From NCBI GenBank assembly GCA_963825865.1, contig CAWGVG010000013.1, positions 32,001 to 96,000 of the forward strand: DNA of 64,000 nucleotides. The letters run 5' to 3'. Position numbers and translations under genes: made by a program. The notes beneath the pieces are model-generated. The model saw nothing but the letters and a program-made list of their open reading frames with translations, made no database searches and was not told the DNA's origin. Source of the stretch: an uncultured Nitrososphaeraceae archaeon (GTDB taxonomy: Archaea > Thermoproteota > Nitrososphaeria > Nitrososphaerales > Nitrososphaeraceae). Positions 1-12,412 of the stretch are shown piece after piece (the first letter of the stretch is position 1; every line of letters begins with the position of its first letter).

Positions 1-297
1 AAGTGGAAGATGTCAGGCATGTTTCAGAACGTTACATTGCAAAATCAGACCCTTACATTGTGATGGTCTCAACTCCAAATGCTCTTGACGGTTTATTTGA
101 ACATATGGAAAAAGAAGATGAAGAAACCTGCATATACAAAAGATTACTTTTGGATTATACTTATGGACTTTAAAATATACACTCAAGTAGAGAGAGTAAA
201 ACCCTCGCAATCATTTGAAAGAGAGTATAATTTAAAATATCTGGGGCTTATCGGAAATGTTTTCCAAACCAGAGATATCGAGGCAGCGATACAGAAA
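1..297 (+). pseudogene. Fragment of terminase large subunit-like ATPase (mobile element/provirus remnant)
   Basis: Hand translation from base 3 gives VEDVRHVSERYIAKSDPYIVMVSTPNALDGLF...LDYTYGL*, then a shifted frame gives KIYT...SFEREYNLKYLGLIGNVF. STP and FxxEY motifs recall terminase ATPases. Runs off the window edge and is truncated at the 3' end. Confidence 0.55.
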
Positions 298-513
298 CCC
301 GTACTAATAACAATACTAGCAGTATATATCTATAAAGCGCTCTCCAGTTAATGATACAATGTTATAACATAAAAGTACGGATATATGCTATAATTTTTGT
401 ATAATTAGCTCTTCCTAGTTCATATTTTTCATTATTTAAGATCAATCTGGTGGAGAATTGAATCTTTTACTAAAAATCTTATATAGTTCACCTTATCAAC
501 AAATGTTCTTAAA

Positions 514-1379
514 ATGTCCTCTAGTGGAGATGATAATAACAATATTGTAGATAGGAATGATAGTAATAGTAATAACAATATAATAACAATCAAACGGTCT
601 ACTTTTACGAAAATACTTGCAGTCGGTGTTGCTGCATTGATGGTTGCCTCATTCTTTGGTGGATATACATGGCGTAGTACATTTTATCCTAATACTATTT
701 CTCCTGTAGTACAAGCTGGAAGTGTTGGTCAGCAGCAGCAGCAGCAGCAGGCAGCCTACATTAGCAGGACAAGGAGGGATGCAACAACAACAAGTACCAC
801 CAATAACCAAGGTAGCATCAGTAAATACAGACGGAGCTCCAACAAAAGGAAAAGCTGATGCACCTGTCACAATGGTAGAGTTTGCTGACTTTCAGTGTCC
901 TTTCTGTAGCAGGTTTGCATCCGATACGCTACAACAGTTAGTAAAGACTTATGTAGATACTGGCAAGATAAAGTTCGTATACAAAGAGTTCCCGTTACCA
1001 TTTCATTCAAACTCACAGCCAGCAGCAATGGCAGTCTGAATGTGCCAACGAACAGGCCAAGTTCTGGCCATACCATGACAAGCTATATGCAACTCAAACC
1101 ACATGGGACAACCAGGACTCTAACACTGTGAAAAATACATTCAAGCAGTATGCTGCATCTTTGGGATTAAATGCTCCTTCTTTCAACTCCTGTTTGGACT
1201 CCAGCAAATATTCAGATAAAATCCAAAAGCAAAGTAGCGAAGGTTCCCAGTATGGTGTTAGTGGCACTCCTACCTTCTATGTAGGAAATCAAAAAGCTGG
1301 CTACATGCAAATTGTAGGGGCACAGCCAGTATCAAGCTTTGAACAGCTAATAAAGCAAGTACAAGCTGGAAGTGCTTGA
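514..1379 (+). CDS. Membrane-anchored DsbA-family thiol-disulfide oxidoreductase (split over three ORFs)
   Basis: N-terminal TM (ILAVGVAALMVASFFGGY); GKADAPVTMVEFADFQCPFC active site; FPLPFH; GVSGTPTF cis-Pro loop; IVGAQP. ORFs 514-858, 722-1039 and 1128-1379. Confidence 0.92.
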
Positions 1380-1382
1380 CAT

Positions 1383-3380
1383 CTGACTACAAAAGACGGA
1401 AAAGATAAGATTACAATTAACAAACGCACTCTTGTTTTATCCCTTGTAATTGTTGTGTCTCTTTCTGTCTTTCTTATCACATCAGGTCCATTATCCTCTT
1501 TACTATTATCACCAGTAAAAATAAAACAAGTAGTAGCACAACAGCAACATACTAGCAGACCACAACAACCATCCAGTCAATCGCAGTCATCGTCTTCCTC
1601 TTCCTCACCGACGATAACATCAACATCACCTTCAGCATCACTCACTCACTTACCAACTAATGATGTCTCACCGACAACAACATCTAGTTCTCCATCAGCA
1701 TCACCATCTCCTAGACCACTCCAGAGCGACCAATCTGCTACATCTGCGGCAGCCGCAGGACTGCAAAAGAAAAACCAACTAAACCAACTAAACCACCAAA
1801 AGATGAAAAGTTCTGCCTAAAACATCCTTCTGATCCAAGCTGTGTTCTTCGTGGATGTGTTACTACATTCGAACCTACTGTCCAATATTACACTATTTCT
1901 GCTTCAAGTTTGGCTGATGCCTGGAATCAGGCCACGCATCACTTTCCAAACGCTCCAGGGAGGACAGGTCAAACTGAGTGGAATTTTATCGTTGATTTTA
2001 AACCGCCGGCAACTTGCATTTTAATCGTTAAAATAGTTACAACTCTTCCCGTTTGGCCAGGTGTCGAAAACCTTTGCAAAGAGGTACAAGATCCATGGAA
2101 TATGGCTATAGAAGCATTGAGTCAAATACATGAGCCAGGTCATGTAAATATAATACATGATTATTTCGATAACTTTGAGGTAAATCTAGAAGGAAAAACT
2201 CCAACTAGAGCTTTGGAGATAGTAAATCAACAAAATGCTAAACTGACTGACGCTGAGACGGCATATGATGAATCAACATTAGATGGGCGGGCTCAAGGTG
2301 CATTCATTACCGATACAAGCATCACTTGTGAATGTACTCCTCCGCCATCTCCTAGAGGAGCAGTTAGCCCTACTGCAACAACTGCTAATGGAATAGAATG
2401 CAATGGTCAATGTGTCGACCCATCTAGTCCAGATACTTGTGGCACATCATGCGATGACTTAAAACAATGTCCGCCACCATCTGATGGAACTGCAACTTGT
2501 ACTAATGGCCAATGTGGTCAGACATGTCCTACAGGAACACATCTCGGAACTACATCATCAGGTCAAGCATGTCTTCCAGACTGTACAGGTGGTCAAGTAA
2601 ATAATCCGCAGACAGGTACTTGCAAGTGTACATCAAATCAAACAGCTTGTGGTAATCCTGCTACCTGTCTAGACACAAACACTGACAATAACAATTGTGG
2701 TAGCTGTGGCAATGATTGCTCCGAAGCCCCTAATCCATCTGGCTCATCCTGTCAATCCGGCTCATGTCAATGTCCAGCTGGTCAAACAAGTTGTAATGAT
2801 CAATGTGTAGATACTAATACAGATTTAAATAACTGTGGTAGCTGCGGTAATGTATGTGCTACTGGTGCTAGTTGTAGTTCTGGCTCATGCGTATGTCCTT
2901 CCGACAAACCAAATACGTGCAATAACCAATGTACAAATATACAAACTGATTCCAGTAATTGTGGTGCATGTAGGTACTGCAAGCGAGAATCATGCTTGTA
3001 CTGGAGGCCAAACATGTCAATCCGGTACATGTCAATGTCCCTCCGGTCAAGTATTTCAAAATGGTCAATGTACCCCGTGTTCTTCAGATAAACCAGATGC
3101 TTGTAGTAATGTGTGCGTAAATATTCGTGATGAAGATAACACTAACTGTGGAGCTTGTGGTATTGTATGTAGCCCAGGCCAAATATGTACTAACGGTCAA
3201 TGTCAAGTTCAATGTTCAAGTCCTAATCAAACTCCTATGTGTGGAGATCAATGTTGTGTCAAGGCCAATTGTAGTGATGAACAATGTACAAGCTGGTGGT
3301 GGGCTTGCAATAATGGAACAGGCACAACTAGATGCTTATATACTCAAGATTGCAGTACAAAAGTACAGTGCGGCTTCTAA
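1383..3380 (+). CDS. Secreted Cys-rich protein: signal anchor, Ser/Thr/Pro linker, DUF922-like HExxH domain, Stig1-like Cys repeats (frameshifted)
   Basis: In-frame CTG at 1383, just after the DsbA stop, gives a hydrophobic N-terminus. LPVW...W...LSQIHEPGH...AYDESTLDGRAQG matches the DUF922 pattern. Four C-x-[DN]-x3-4-D-x2-NCG[SA]C repeats and more than 50 Cys by hand count. ORFs 1455-1820, 1910-3091 and 2835-3380. Confidence 0.75.
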
Positions 3381-3439
3381 ACGCCTGCTATTGATACAGC
3401 CCGATTCCTGATTCTTCCAATCTTATCGTGGAAGAGAGT

Positions 3440-3730
3440 GAGAGGAGAGGAGCTTAAGATATCTTGAGTAAAGAGATATCAAAATGGAATATGCAGGTTG
3501 TTTATTAATGGCTTCACCAAAAGACAAGCTTTTAGCTTTGAAAAGTAATGATAGTGTAACTTGACATGGAAGGATCTTAAGCGATTCATCAACGATAACA
3601 ACTACAATAATGAAGAGAAAGAAGAAGTAATCAGCAGAACGTTTTAGAATATTCAGAGATCTTCCATTCTGGATATCCAACATTGAAGAGCATAAGAAAG
3701 CCGATATTGACAGGATAATTGCCAATTTGG
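3440..3730 (+). pseudogene. Degraded remnant resembling the N-terminus of the Nitrososphaeraceae terminase-like gene and the end of its upstream partner
   Basis: Broken frames give SPKDKLLALK, MTWKDLKRFIN and FRDLPFWISNIEEHKKADI. Resemblance is recalled, not searched. Confidence 0.3.
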
Positions 3731-4343
3731 TCATTCTCATGTTCATTAGGAGTCTGTACAGGGTTACTTTCTTATAAAAGCGAATTAACATAATTAAGCG
3801 AAGTATAGACAGCAACAAAAATATGTAAATCTAACAAGGAGAAAATATCATACTTTTACCATGCTGTAATCATGACTGATCAAGATACACTAGAAGATCT
3901 GATAGTAATTAATACGAAAAAATAGTAACCGGCTGATTAAAGAAATCATCATCATTATGTATCAATAGACGACCGCTAGTACATATAAAGTTGGAGGCGC
4001 ACACAATCCAAGCTGTCCAGCAGGCCATTCATTTACATATTGTCTTGGATACCATGCGGGATATGATTGGCAATGGGCACAGTTGAAAATCAGTAGTTGG
4101 TGGCAGCAGTCTAACTCTAGTAAATAAAGCTTAATTTCCACTCATTCTAGCATGTATCACATCAAAACCTCATACAAGATAGATTTCTATTATATTTTGA
4201 ATACATGGTTGTCGTTTTTCTTCCCCTTTGTTGTGAAGCTGTATTTAGCACATATTTTCAATGAAATTTATATTTATGAAATTCTATCTTTCTAGAATCT
4301 ATTTACTTCTGCATTCTATAGCTCTAAAGAGTCCTTGATTAAT

Positions 4344-5061
4344 TCATACGGAGGCCTTGTCTGTCTTTGGATAAATATTACTACATTTAGTACAAGAAGC
4401 GTAAAGCCATCCAGAAGAATCTTTTGTTTGTAAGTTACCATGAAGTGTAGTTATCATGGCAACTAATGTAGAAATATCTTCTTTAGTTAGAACTTCTATG
4501 CCATATATTTTATCCTTGATACCCTCTTCTCTCATAGTCTGTTATTCCCCAATAATGAGCTTGGAAGAATTTGTCAAATAGAACACATTGGTTATTATCA
4601 ATTCTAAAGAAATATACACTAAATTTGTTTGTGATTTTGACCTGCTCATAATCATCTTTTTTGATTAGCTTTTGATCAATCAAAAGTATATGAAATATTT
4701 TTCCGTTAAAAATAACAAGTTTTGGTTTAGGTCTGGTTAACTTTGTCTTAATATGATCTAAATTGATCTGCAATCTATTCTGTATATAATTTATCTGTTC
4801 TTTATTGCAGGGATTTGGAAATACAATACCCTCTGAATGATAGGGTACCAATTCTAAGTTTATGGTATGTAAATCAAAGAATTGCCATAAATTAACTGCC
4901 GTAGCCAAATGAAATAAATCTGAAATAGTATCAACTTTTTTTCCATATTCTGCTGGTTGTTTTATGTAAAGATAGTAATCTACTTTCATTTCTTCTTCCA
5001 AGACTTTCTTACTATTGGTAATAGTAGTAGTAAGGGAAAGATAGTCGTCTAAAGAAGACAT
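4344..5061 (-). CDS. Hypothetical protein, possibly uracil-DNA-glycosylase-like fold (5' partial, frameshifted)
   Basis: 183 aa ORF with INLELVPYHS and KPKLVIFNGK motifs; may continue into ORF 4344-4535. Confidence 0.35.
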
Positions 5062-5143
5062 TCCATCCTATCTGGCTTGTTCTACTGTTTAAAAGATTAT
5101 TGGGTTTATTTGAACCGTTTCTATTTGTTTAGCCGGTACTGTT

Positions 5144-5805
5144 TCAGTTGGCTATCATTAATGCTTTTGCATGATGGTCCAGTAACTTTTGTTTTTGCTC
5201 TTCTGTAAATCTTTTATCAATGTCTTCTTTATGATAAATGCAAAATGCTTTTAATTTCATACCATCAATTTTTGATGGCAGGGATAATTCATATTCAACA
5301 AGCTTGTCTGCTGTTTTACTATGGTGGTAATGATAAAATGAACCTAAATCAGCAAATACAGAAACTCCATTCTTACCCGGTACTTTCAGCCTTTTTAACT
5401 AATTGTTTAACAAATTCCGTTAAATCAGTATTATTATAATTATTATCTGAACCAAAATATCCTTTTACAGAATCCATAATTATGAGAGAACCTTCCTTCT
5501 CGTGTTTTCCTACATCAATAATGTTGTTGCTTCTGGTGTTATTAGCATCAGCATCCTTTACTGCTACATTGTCAAAACCCCTCAGACAAAGTCTTTCTAA
5601 CCTTATTGGAAGCCTCATAATACGGAAGGAGAAGAACAATTTCATTATTGTCTTCTAATTGGGTTTTGACATACCTTGAATAAGTATGTCTTAACATTTC
5701 TATATTCGGATAGACAAGAATGTAATGAGTGCCATATTCTGCTTTATTGAGATGCTCTAAAATCTCATTATTAGATCCAGTTGGCATTGTAGTGTGCCAA
5801 TTCAA
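5144..5805 (-). CDS. MEDS-domain sensor protein (frameshifted)
   Basis: YGTHYILVYPN...GSLIIMDSVKGYF...FCIYHKEDIDKRFTEEQKQKLLDHH; pieces 5572-5805, 5373-5645 and a tail ending at 5144. Confidence 0.75.
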
Positions 5806-5819
5806 ATCTTCTTTTGCAT

Positions 5820-6050
5820 TTAATTAGGATATTTTTCCATTATTAGATTTTTTAACTTTCTTATAGAAAATGGCTTTTGAAGAAATGTATCTATTATCTT
5901 AATATCTGGTAAAACCTTTGAGAGCTCCATATCATTAATCTCAAAAGCACTCATTAGTATTATCTTAACTTCTGGTTTGATTTTTTTTACTTTTATTGCA
6001 AATTCATAACCGTTCAAGCCGGGCATTCTAATATCAGAAACAACTAGGCT
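5820..6050 (-). pseudogene. Response-regulator receiver, N-terminally truncated
   Basis: LVVSDIRMPGLNGYEF...IILMSAF...FLQKPF present; the N-terminal acidic (DD) strand is missing and replaced by antisense of the next gene. Confidence 0.8.
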
Positions 6051-6069
6051 GCAAATTCTGAAATTTACC

Positions 6070-9000
6070 TTGAAAGCAAACCTTAATATACAAACCTTCA
6101 AAGAATTTAGGGCATATAGGCCATTAAAGGATGTTATCAATGAGAATCTTACTTATTATACAAGTCGTCTCCTAAATTTTACAATTACAGGCTATAAAAA
6201 TTATTATAAAGATGATAATGAATTTTCAAGAATAAATTATACCTATTCAGATGGAAAAAATACCTTTAACGTAACAGATCTTTGGACAAAAACGCCCGAT
6301 ACAATCTATCGCATTACCTACCAAGCAGATCCATCAAATTATTATACATATTGGCAAGCTATACAAAAAATGATTGATTCCTTTAAAAGCATAGATTCCG
6401 TACCATATGAAAATTTTGATTTAGGAATAAGGATCAAATATCCTTCTACATGGAACAAGACGGAAGATACAAAAGAATCTCATTCATTTTCTCCGCTACA
6501 GAGAGAGTTTATCAAGCTCTCGATATTTAAGTCTAAAATGAATAAGAATACTTTGCTTTCTGAAATAGTTAACCAAACAATTAATGATTATAGAATAGAC
6601 AGCTCTAAATATCCTGATTTTCGTTTTATTGGATCTGATCATCTGATTGTAGATAATAATCCATCCTCTATGCTTAACTATTCATATCGTGATCCCTACG
6701 ATATGAATAGCATAATAAACAATACAGAAAGTATAATACTACAAAATGGCAAAATATATCATATTCTATATTCTGCACCAGAAATAGATTATTCAAAATA
6801 TTTGGCTACTATAAATAAGATAATTGAGACAATGAAGATATTTGATATAGTGAGATATGAAAAGGTATTTGATAAGAATTCAGGAGTGATATTAAAATAT
6901 CCTGATGAAGATACTTGGAAACTGAACGAAACCTCCAACAAAAAAGAGTAAACTTCATGGAAGAAAATCCTTCCTCTCGCGCTGATGTCCGCCAGTTAAC
7001 ATTGTCTGTTATTCCCTATAAAAAAGATCTGGAAACATTAGGTCAAGAATTAAAAAATACTGTCTCTAGACAAAATAAATCCGATTTCAGATATAATACT
7101 AGTAAAACTTCAATTAATTCTACCCTTGGTAATTCTATCGATGCCACGAGGACGGTATTTAGCTACGTTGATCATGCTCTTAACAGTGGCATAAAAGGAC
7201 TTCAGATTTCTGCAGTAGCGAACAATAATACTGCCTATATAATCAACTTTACTGCTGCCTCCGATAGTTACAATGATTATTTACCGACAATAGAAGAAAT
7301 AATTAATTCAATTAAGATAGTCGACTATATTCCACATGATAGTTATAAGCGCAGCCCTTCAAGCGCCCTTGGAGTAAGTCTGGAGTATCCACAGAGTTGG
7401 AAAAACAGTAGCGGAAATGTAGGGTTCACTATTTACTCAAATAACAGTGGAAGACTAGGGATTTCTAACTCTTCTACTGATTTTCTTGTTACAATCAGTG
7501 CTTCTGCTGCTGGTAATGATCCTATGGAAACAACCGTTGGGTCGACTATTAATACTCTTAAAGGTAACCTGACAGATTATCAACTCATTGAACTAGCCAA
7601 AGTTTCAATTGCAGGTCATCCTGCTTATCAAGAAACGTCCACTTATAGACCAGTTCCATCCTCTGATGAGAAATTTAAGATCATTGCCCTTTATACGACT
7701 AACGGCAAGAACTTTTTTACCATTACTTTTACTACAGAACTAGATAAATTGAGTTATTTGCCTACTATCCAAAACATGACTAAATCAATCAACTTCATGG
7801 AAAAAGAAAGTATAAATATTAAAGAAAATCGATCAGGACTGACGATGGCTGGGCCTCCAGTTGATCTTTCTATTAATCCAGTCACAAACAAATTGTATGT
7901 TGCTGTTCCTAGCGCAGGTCAACTCTATGTGATAAATGGATCTAGTGACAAGATACTAAATAACATTACCTTAGGAGGATATCCTAATGCTGTATCTATA
8001 GACTCTATTACCAATACAGTATATGTAACGAGTCCTGAGAATGACGTACTCTATGTTATAGATGGTTTTACTGATAAGGTAGTGGACCAAGTACAATTAG
8101 GACGGTTGATCGCTAATATGGCTATTGATACAGATGAATTTGGTGGCTTTGCGTCTATTGTGTTTGTAGCTAATACTGGCAGTAACAAGATTTCCGTAAT
8201 AGATGGTGCTACAAATAGACCAGTTGAAAATATCACGACTCCTACGCCCTATGAAATCGGTATAAATCCTGTTTCTAACAGGTTATACGTTACAGATCAG
8301 ACCAAGACGGTATCTGTTATTGATTATTATACAAGTGTCAATCACACTATGAACGCAAAGTTAGTAAAAACGATAGAAGTCGGACTTTTTCCAACAGGTG
8401 TAGTAACGGATCCTACTACGAACAGAATATATGTAGCCAATAGTGGGGAGAAGAAAATATCTGTCATCGATGGAAATACAAACAGTGTAGTTAGGAATGT
8501 TACAATTGGACCCTTCCCGTCCTCATTAGCCTATAATCCTACCAATTCTATGATATACGTAGCTACATCGGGCAATAATACCATTTCATTAATAAAGCTG
8601 GATGAGCAAAAGTTATCAGAACAAAGACTCCCAGATATTGTTTTAGATAGTGTCCCTTATGATGTAGCCATAAATCCCAAGACAAACTTGTTATATTCAG
8701 CGAATTTTGGATCCAATAGTACTTCAGTAATAAATGGCAAAACAAATAATGTAACTTCTGTATTGACATTCAACATTTTTCCCCCTGATTCAGGCCAAAT
8801 TGAGTGTAATAAAAAGAAGCTGCCTACAAATACTTCTTTAAGGATTGACAATTACAGTCAATGCCAAGCTATTGCTAATCAGGGATTTAATTTTAATTAT
8901 TGGTCAAAGAATTCACCATCGAATTCAAACATTGATATTCTCTCGGCATTTAGAAATCTGTTTTTCGGTTCATCGAATCCCAACAACTCGACCTTTAGGG

Positions 9001-9480
9001 TCAATCAATCTAGTATATATACAGCCAATTTTGTGTCTTTACCTTTGATCATACAGGAGGCAAGTTCTTTCATTAGTATTATAGGGCTTTTTACAGTTAT
9101 ATTATTAGCTTCTGTAAAACCAATAGTAAATAGAAAAGGGAAGACCAGTACACGAATTTCAAAAGCTCAGGTTCTTTCAAGAGGTGAAGAAACTGAAGAA
9201 AAAACGGAAGAAAAAGAATCCGTAGAAAAAGGAGAAATTATTACAATTGATGCTACGGTAATTATAGGAGTCTTAATTTTTCTTACCTTTTCTGAAGGAT
9301 TTGACCCCAGCGAAAAAACTCAAATACACATCATTACTACAAGTATAGTATTTCCATTTGCAATTTCTGCAATAATAGGCAGCATTGGGATCTAGGAAAT
9401 TCTCAATAAACCTTATGATAGCAGGATTTGTAAATCTAATGATATCCGTCATTCTAATAGCAATTATGTCTCTCTCTTAG
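6070..9480 (+). CDS. Large membrane-anchored surface protein: PsbP-like repeats, YVTN/YncE beta-propeller, C-terminal TMs (5' truncated, frameshifted)
   Basis: Repeats GIRIKYPSTW, GVILKYP..TW and GVSLEYPQSW; many NP.TN..YV.N..S..ISVIDG blades; hydrophobic tail continuing in a shifted frame to TAG 9480. Confidence 0.85.
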
Positions 9481-9559
9481 TAGGACATTTATTAATGTGA
9501 GTGAAAGTTGTGCTCAAAGAGCACCAATATAAGCAAGTGCTAAGAAGAAGAAGATTTAT

Positions 9560-9735
9560 CAAAAGAAGCAGTTGTAGGAAGAAACTCGAAAAGATACGGG
9601 TAAAACAGTATCTGAAATGGCATGTCACAGCTATACTTGATCATCTCAAAATGCTCAGTGCACGACTTGACAGTAGGAAAACACACGATTCTCCAGTACT
9701 TCGAACAATGTTCAATAGGTTGATTAGAAATAGAC
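9560..9735 (+). mobile_element. IS5/IS4-superfamily DDE transposase, central fragment
   Basis: YLKWHVTAILDHLKMLSARLDSRKTHDSPVLRTM fits the KxH...D...HD pattern of IS5-like transposases. Confidence 0.55.
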
Positions 9736-9800
9736 TGCAAGCAAACAGGTCCAATTATATATGTAAACAAGAATATAATCAAGCATTTCCTTCACACACA

Positions 9801-10205
9801 CGCTTCTTTGGAAAAATTGGAAAACAATTGGAAGACCTTACCTATGTTGAAGTATTAACTATGGGTTGTGAGAATTCTAAATTAAAGTTAACTCCTCAAA
9901 CTCCTGAAATCGATGATGCTATAAAATCGGTAGGTGAAATTTCTGTTTTAGCAAGGACAAAGATTGAACTTGATGGGGATATAGCAGTACTTCTTCCATT
10001 ACAAAATAATGAAGTTAAAATCAACAACGAGATCATGGATATTCATAGAGAAAACGTAAAGGTTGCAATAGATAATTGGAACAATTTTATGAAAACCACA
10101 TTAGAGGCAGCAAAAACTATTGCAGACATAGCAGGCCTTAAGGATGTAAGCAAGGCTTTTGATAGTTTTGTATTTAAAGAAACTGCTGCTGCTCCAGAAG
10201 AGTGA
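9801..10205 (+). CDS. Module protein A1 (T[KR]IELDGD family, unknown function); native start apparently lost
   Basis: LEDLTYVEVLT...LARTKIELDGDIAVLLP...INNEIMDIHRENVKVAIDNWNNF aligns over its length with 12413-12850. Confidence 0.8.
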   Translation, partial: RFFGKIGKQLEDLTYVEVLTMGCENSKLKLTPQTPEIDDAIKSVGEISVLARTKIELDGDIAVLLPLQNNEVKINNEIMDIHRENVKVAIDNWNNFMKTTLEAAKTIADIAGLKDVSKAFDSFVFKETAAAPEE

Positions 10206-10216
10206 TATTTTAGATA

Positions 10217-11123
10217 TTGCCTTTATCTCCTAAAGTTTTTTTGTCCTCAAAATTAGTAACAACAACATTACAAGCTGAAAAATTCATTGAAACTAGTGAC
10301 CTGAGTACTATCAATGTAGATAGTGGATCAGGATTGCTAATGAAGGTAGTTATGAAAAGAAATAGAAAAAGAGATTATTTGGCGCATATGAATTTTTTTA
10401 TTGACAATGTTAATACTGATATTTCAGACATGCCTTATTATGATAGTGATAATGACGTTCTCTCTTCTTTAGTTGAGAAATATAGAACATGTATTGAAAG
10501 GTTAGTTGTTGACAGTCAGAAAAATAGATACACTAGTAGAAGCAAATGGAATGACACCATCATTAGAAAGGTATCTATAAAACACATAAAACGATTCATA
10601 ATAGATAGACTAGATATACTTGAAGATTTGCAATCGATCAATGTATGTACCTCTAAATTCCAAAGATGAAATTATTGCAATAACCAAAATAGAACTTGAT
10701 GCAGATGTGATGACAATAATACCATCACGATCAAAACTTGACAATAAGTTAGGAAGGATCGTTCTTCTCCTACATAGTTATAATGTCACTTATGCAAACC
10801 AATTGTTTAATCATCAAATAAAAACACTACAATATAATCTTACGACTTTACGTAATTTAGTAAAAGTATTATCAATGCCTGTTGCCCTAATATTATATCA
10901 ATTACATCCACCATCTACAATATCTGTCTTTTCAATTCTGCTCTCCAGTTTTGGCATTCACTTTGCAATGCCTGCTCTAATTGTATTTTTACAACCATTT
11001 ATTACTCCTGTAATTCTATCGGCTATTTTGCATAGATATCGTACACATATTTTCTTTAAGCTTATGCCTAAAATCATTGTTACTCTGATGAAAAGATATC
11101 TTTATGTTGATAAAGGTAAATGA
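10217..11123 (+). CDS. Module protein B1: N-terminal domain, A-like core, C-terminal hydrophobic helices (frameshift near 10645)
   Basis: LEDLQSINV / IAITKIELDADVMTIIP / LLLHSYNVTYANQLF, then hydrophobic segments; starts 11 bp after the A1 stop. Confidence 0.75.
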
Positions 11124-11584
11124 ATTTTGTATGTTTATACACATCCCTTTGCCTTGATCGATGTAATATTATAATCGTTACATTATACGAACGTTTTGGT
11201 CATTACTGATCGTACTATAATACATGACTATATATTAATATAGACTATGGCAGGTACTGAGCCAAACTCCTGGCTTGAATCTATTCCGTATACTCAAGTA
11301 ATCTGTTCTGTAAACATATCTATACATCAGCGTAAAAAATCTGGATGTAAACTAGTGACATATTCGACCGGCACCGTACCAATTCGTAGATACAGGATAA
11401 ACCATCCGGTCTAAAAAAAGGACATGATGGCTTGTTGTTAACTCATTATTATGCCACTACTGCTGTTAGCATATTCTGAATAGTGTTATCATTGATTAGT
11501 AACCATAACAATCCTAAGAAGCGTATGTAGGTATTTAACAGAGATAATTTATGCACTTACTTTAACAATGCAAAAGACCGTTGA

Positions 11585-12410
11585 CTATATGTGTAACTCT
11601 TTTCGTATAGTACGTAGGAAAATTCTGCCGATCAAATTAGGTAAAAATCTCATCAAAATATAAGGTACACCTATAAGATCTAAGATAAGGAGAATTAGTA
11701 TATACCATGAGTATTAATATGGTGAATTGCGTTAATATAAGTATCTGATAGTGCGTACAAGCTCTTTGAGTACCAGATTGATATGACAAATATCCTCGCT
11801 ATATTTATTAAATTGATAATTGAAGAGAAAAGACTGTAGAGGCGGAATCTAAATAAATTATTAGCAAGATTTACGTTTAAGCTATGCAAGACCAAAAGAT
11901 GATTTACTGTACCAATTTTTAAAAAATCAGGTCTTAATATTGTTAAAATATCTGCATCAAGCTCAATCCTAGTTCTGGCAAAAACAATCTCTCGATATCC
12001 ATCTTCTGTATCTACATTTAATACATGCGCAGTCTGAAAAATACTTCTAGCTATTTTCCTTATATTTGTCATGCTTTTGATTATGCTATTTATTTGTTTA
12101 GAGATATCTTTTTTAGGTCTGTAATCGGTGCTCTTGCCTAGATTATTAACTAAATTACAATACTCATTTTTCAAAAGTAAAACCCATTTTTCATCAATTT
12201 TAGTTATATTAGTCCTATCGCCTTTATAATAGAAGTCTATGCGTGTAAGGTAAGTATTGTTAACGTCTACTTTCATATTGATGGTCATTTTAAGATCTCC
12301 TGCAGTATATACGCTTATGTACACACTTGTATAATCATCTGAAATATCTATAGTTGTCAAGCGATTCCATCAATTTGCTGTTATCATGAAATAGTTTAAA
12401 CTTAGGTGCT
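11585..12410 (-). CDS. Module protein B2 (paralog of B1; frameshifts near both ends)
   Basis: FARTRIELDADILTIL / LVLHSLNVNLANNLF; shifted tail ILILLILDLIGVPYILMRFLPNLIGRIFLRTIRKELHI* ends at 11585. Confidence 0.75.
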
Positions 12411-12412
12411 AT

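Noticed and set aside
729-752. (CAG)n and other polyQ tracts (also 56300-56331, 20178-20192) as phase-variation switches
   Set aside because: Triplet repeats in linkers keep the frame; low-complexity linkers occur throughout this window.
9501-10205. The 234 aa ORF as one natural protein
   Set aside because: First ~100 aa look like transposase debris; only the part from 9801 aligns with A2.
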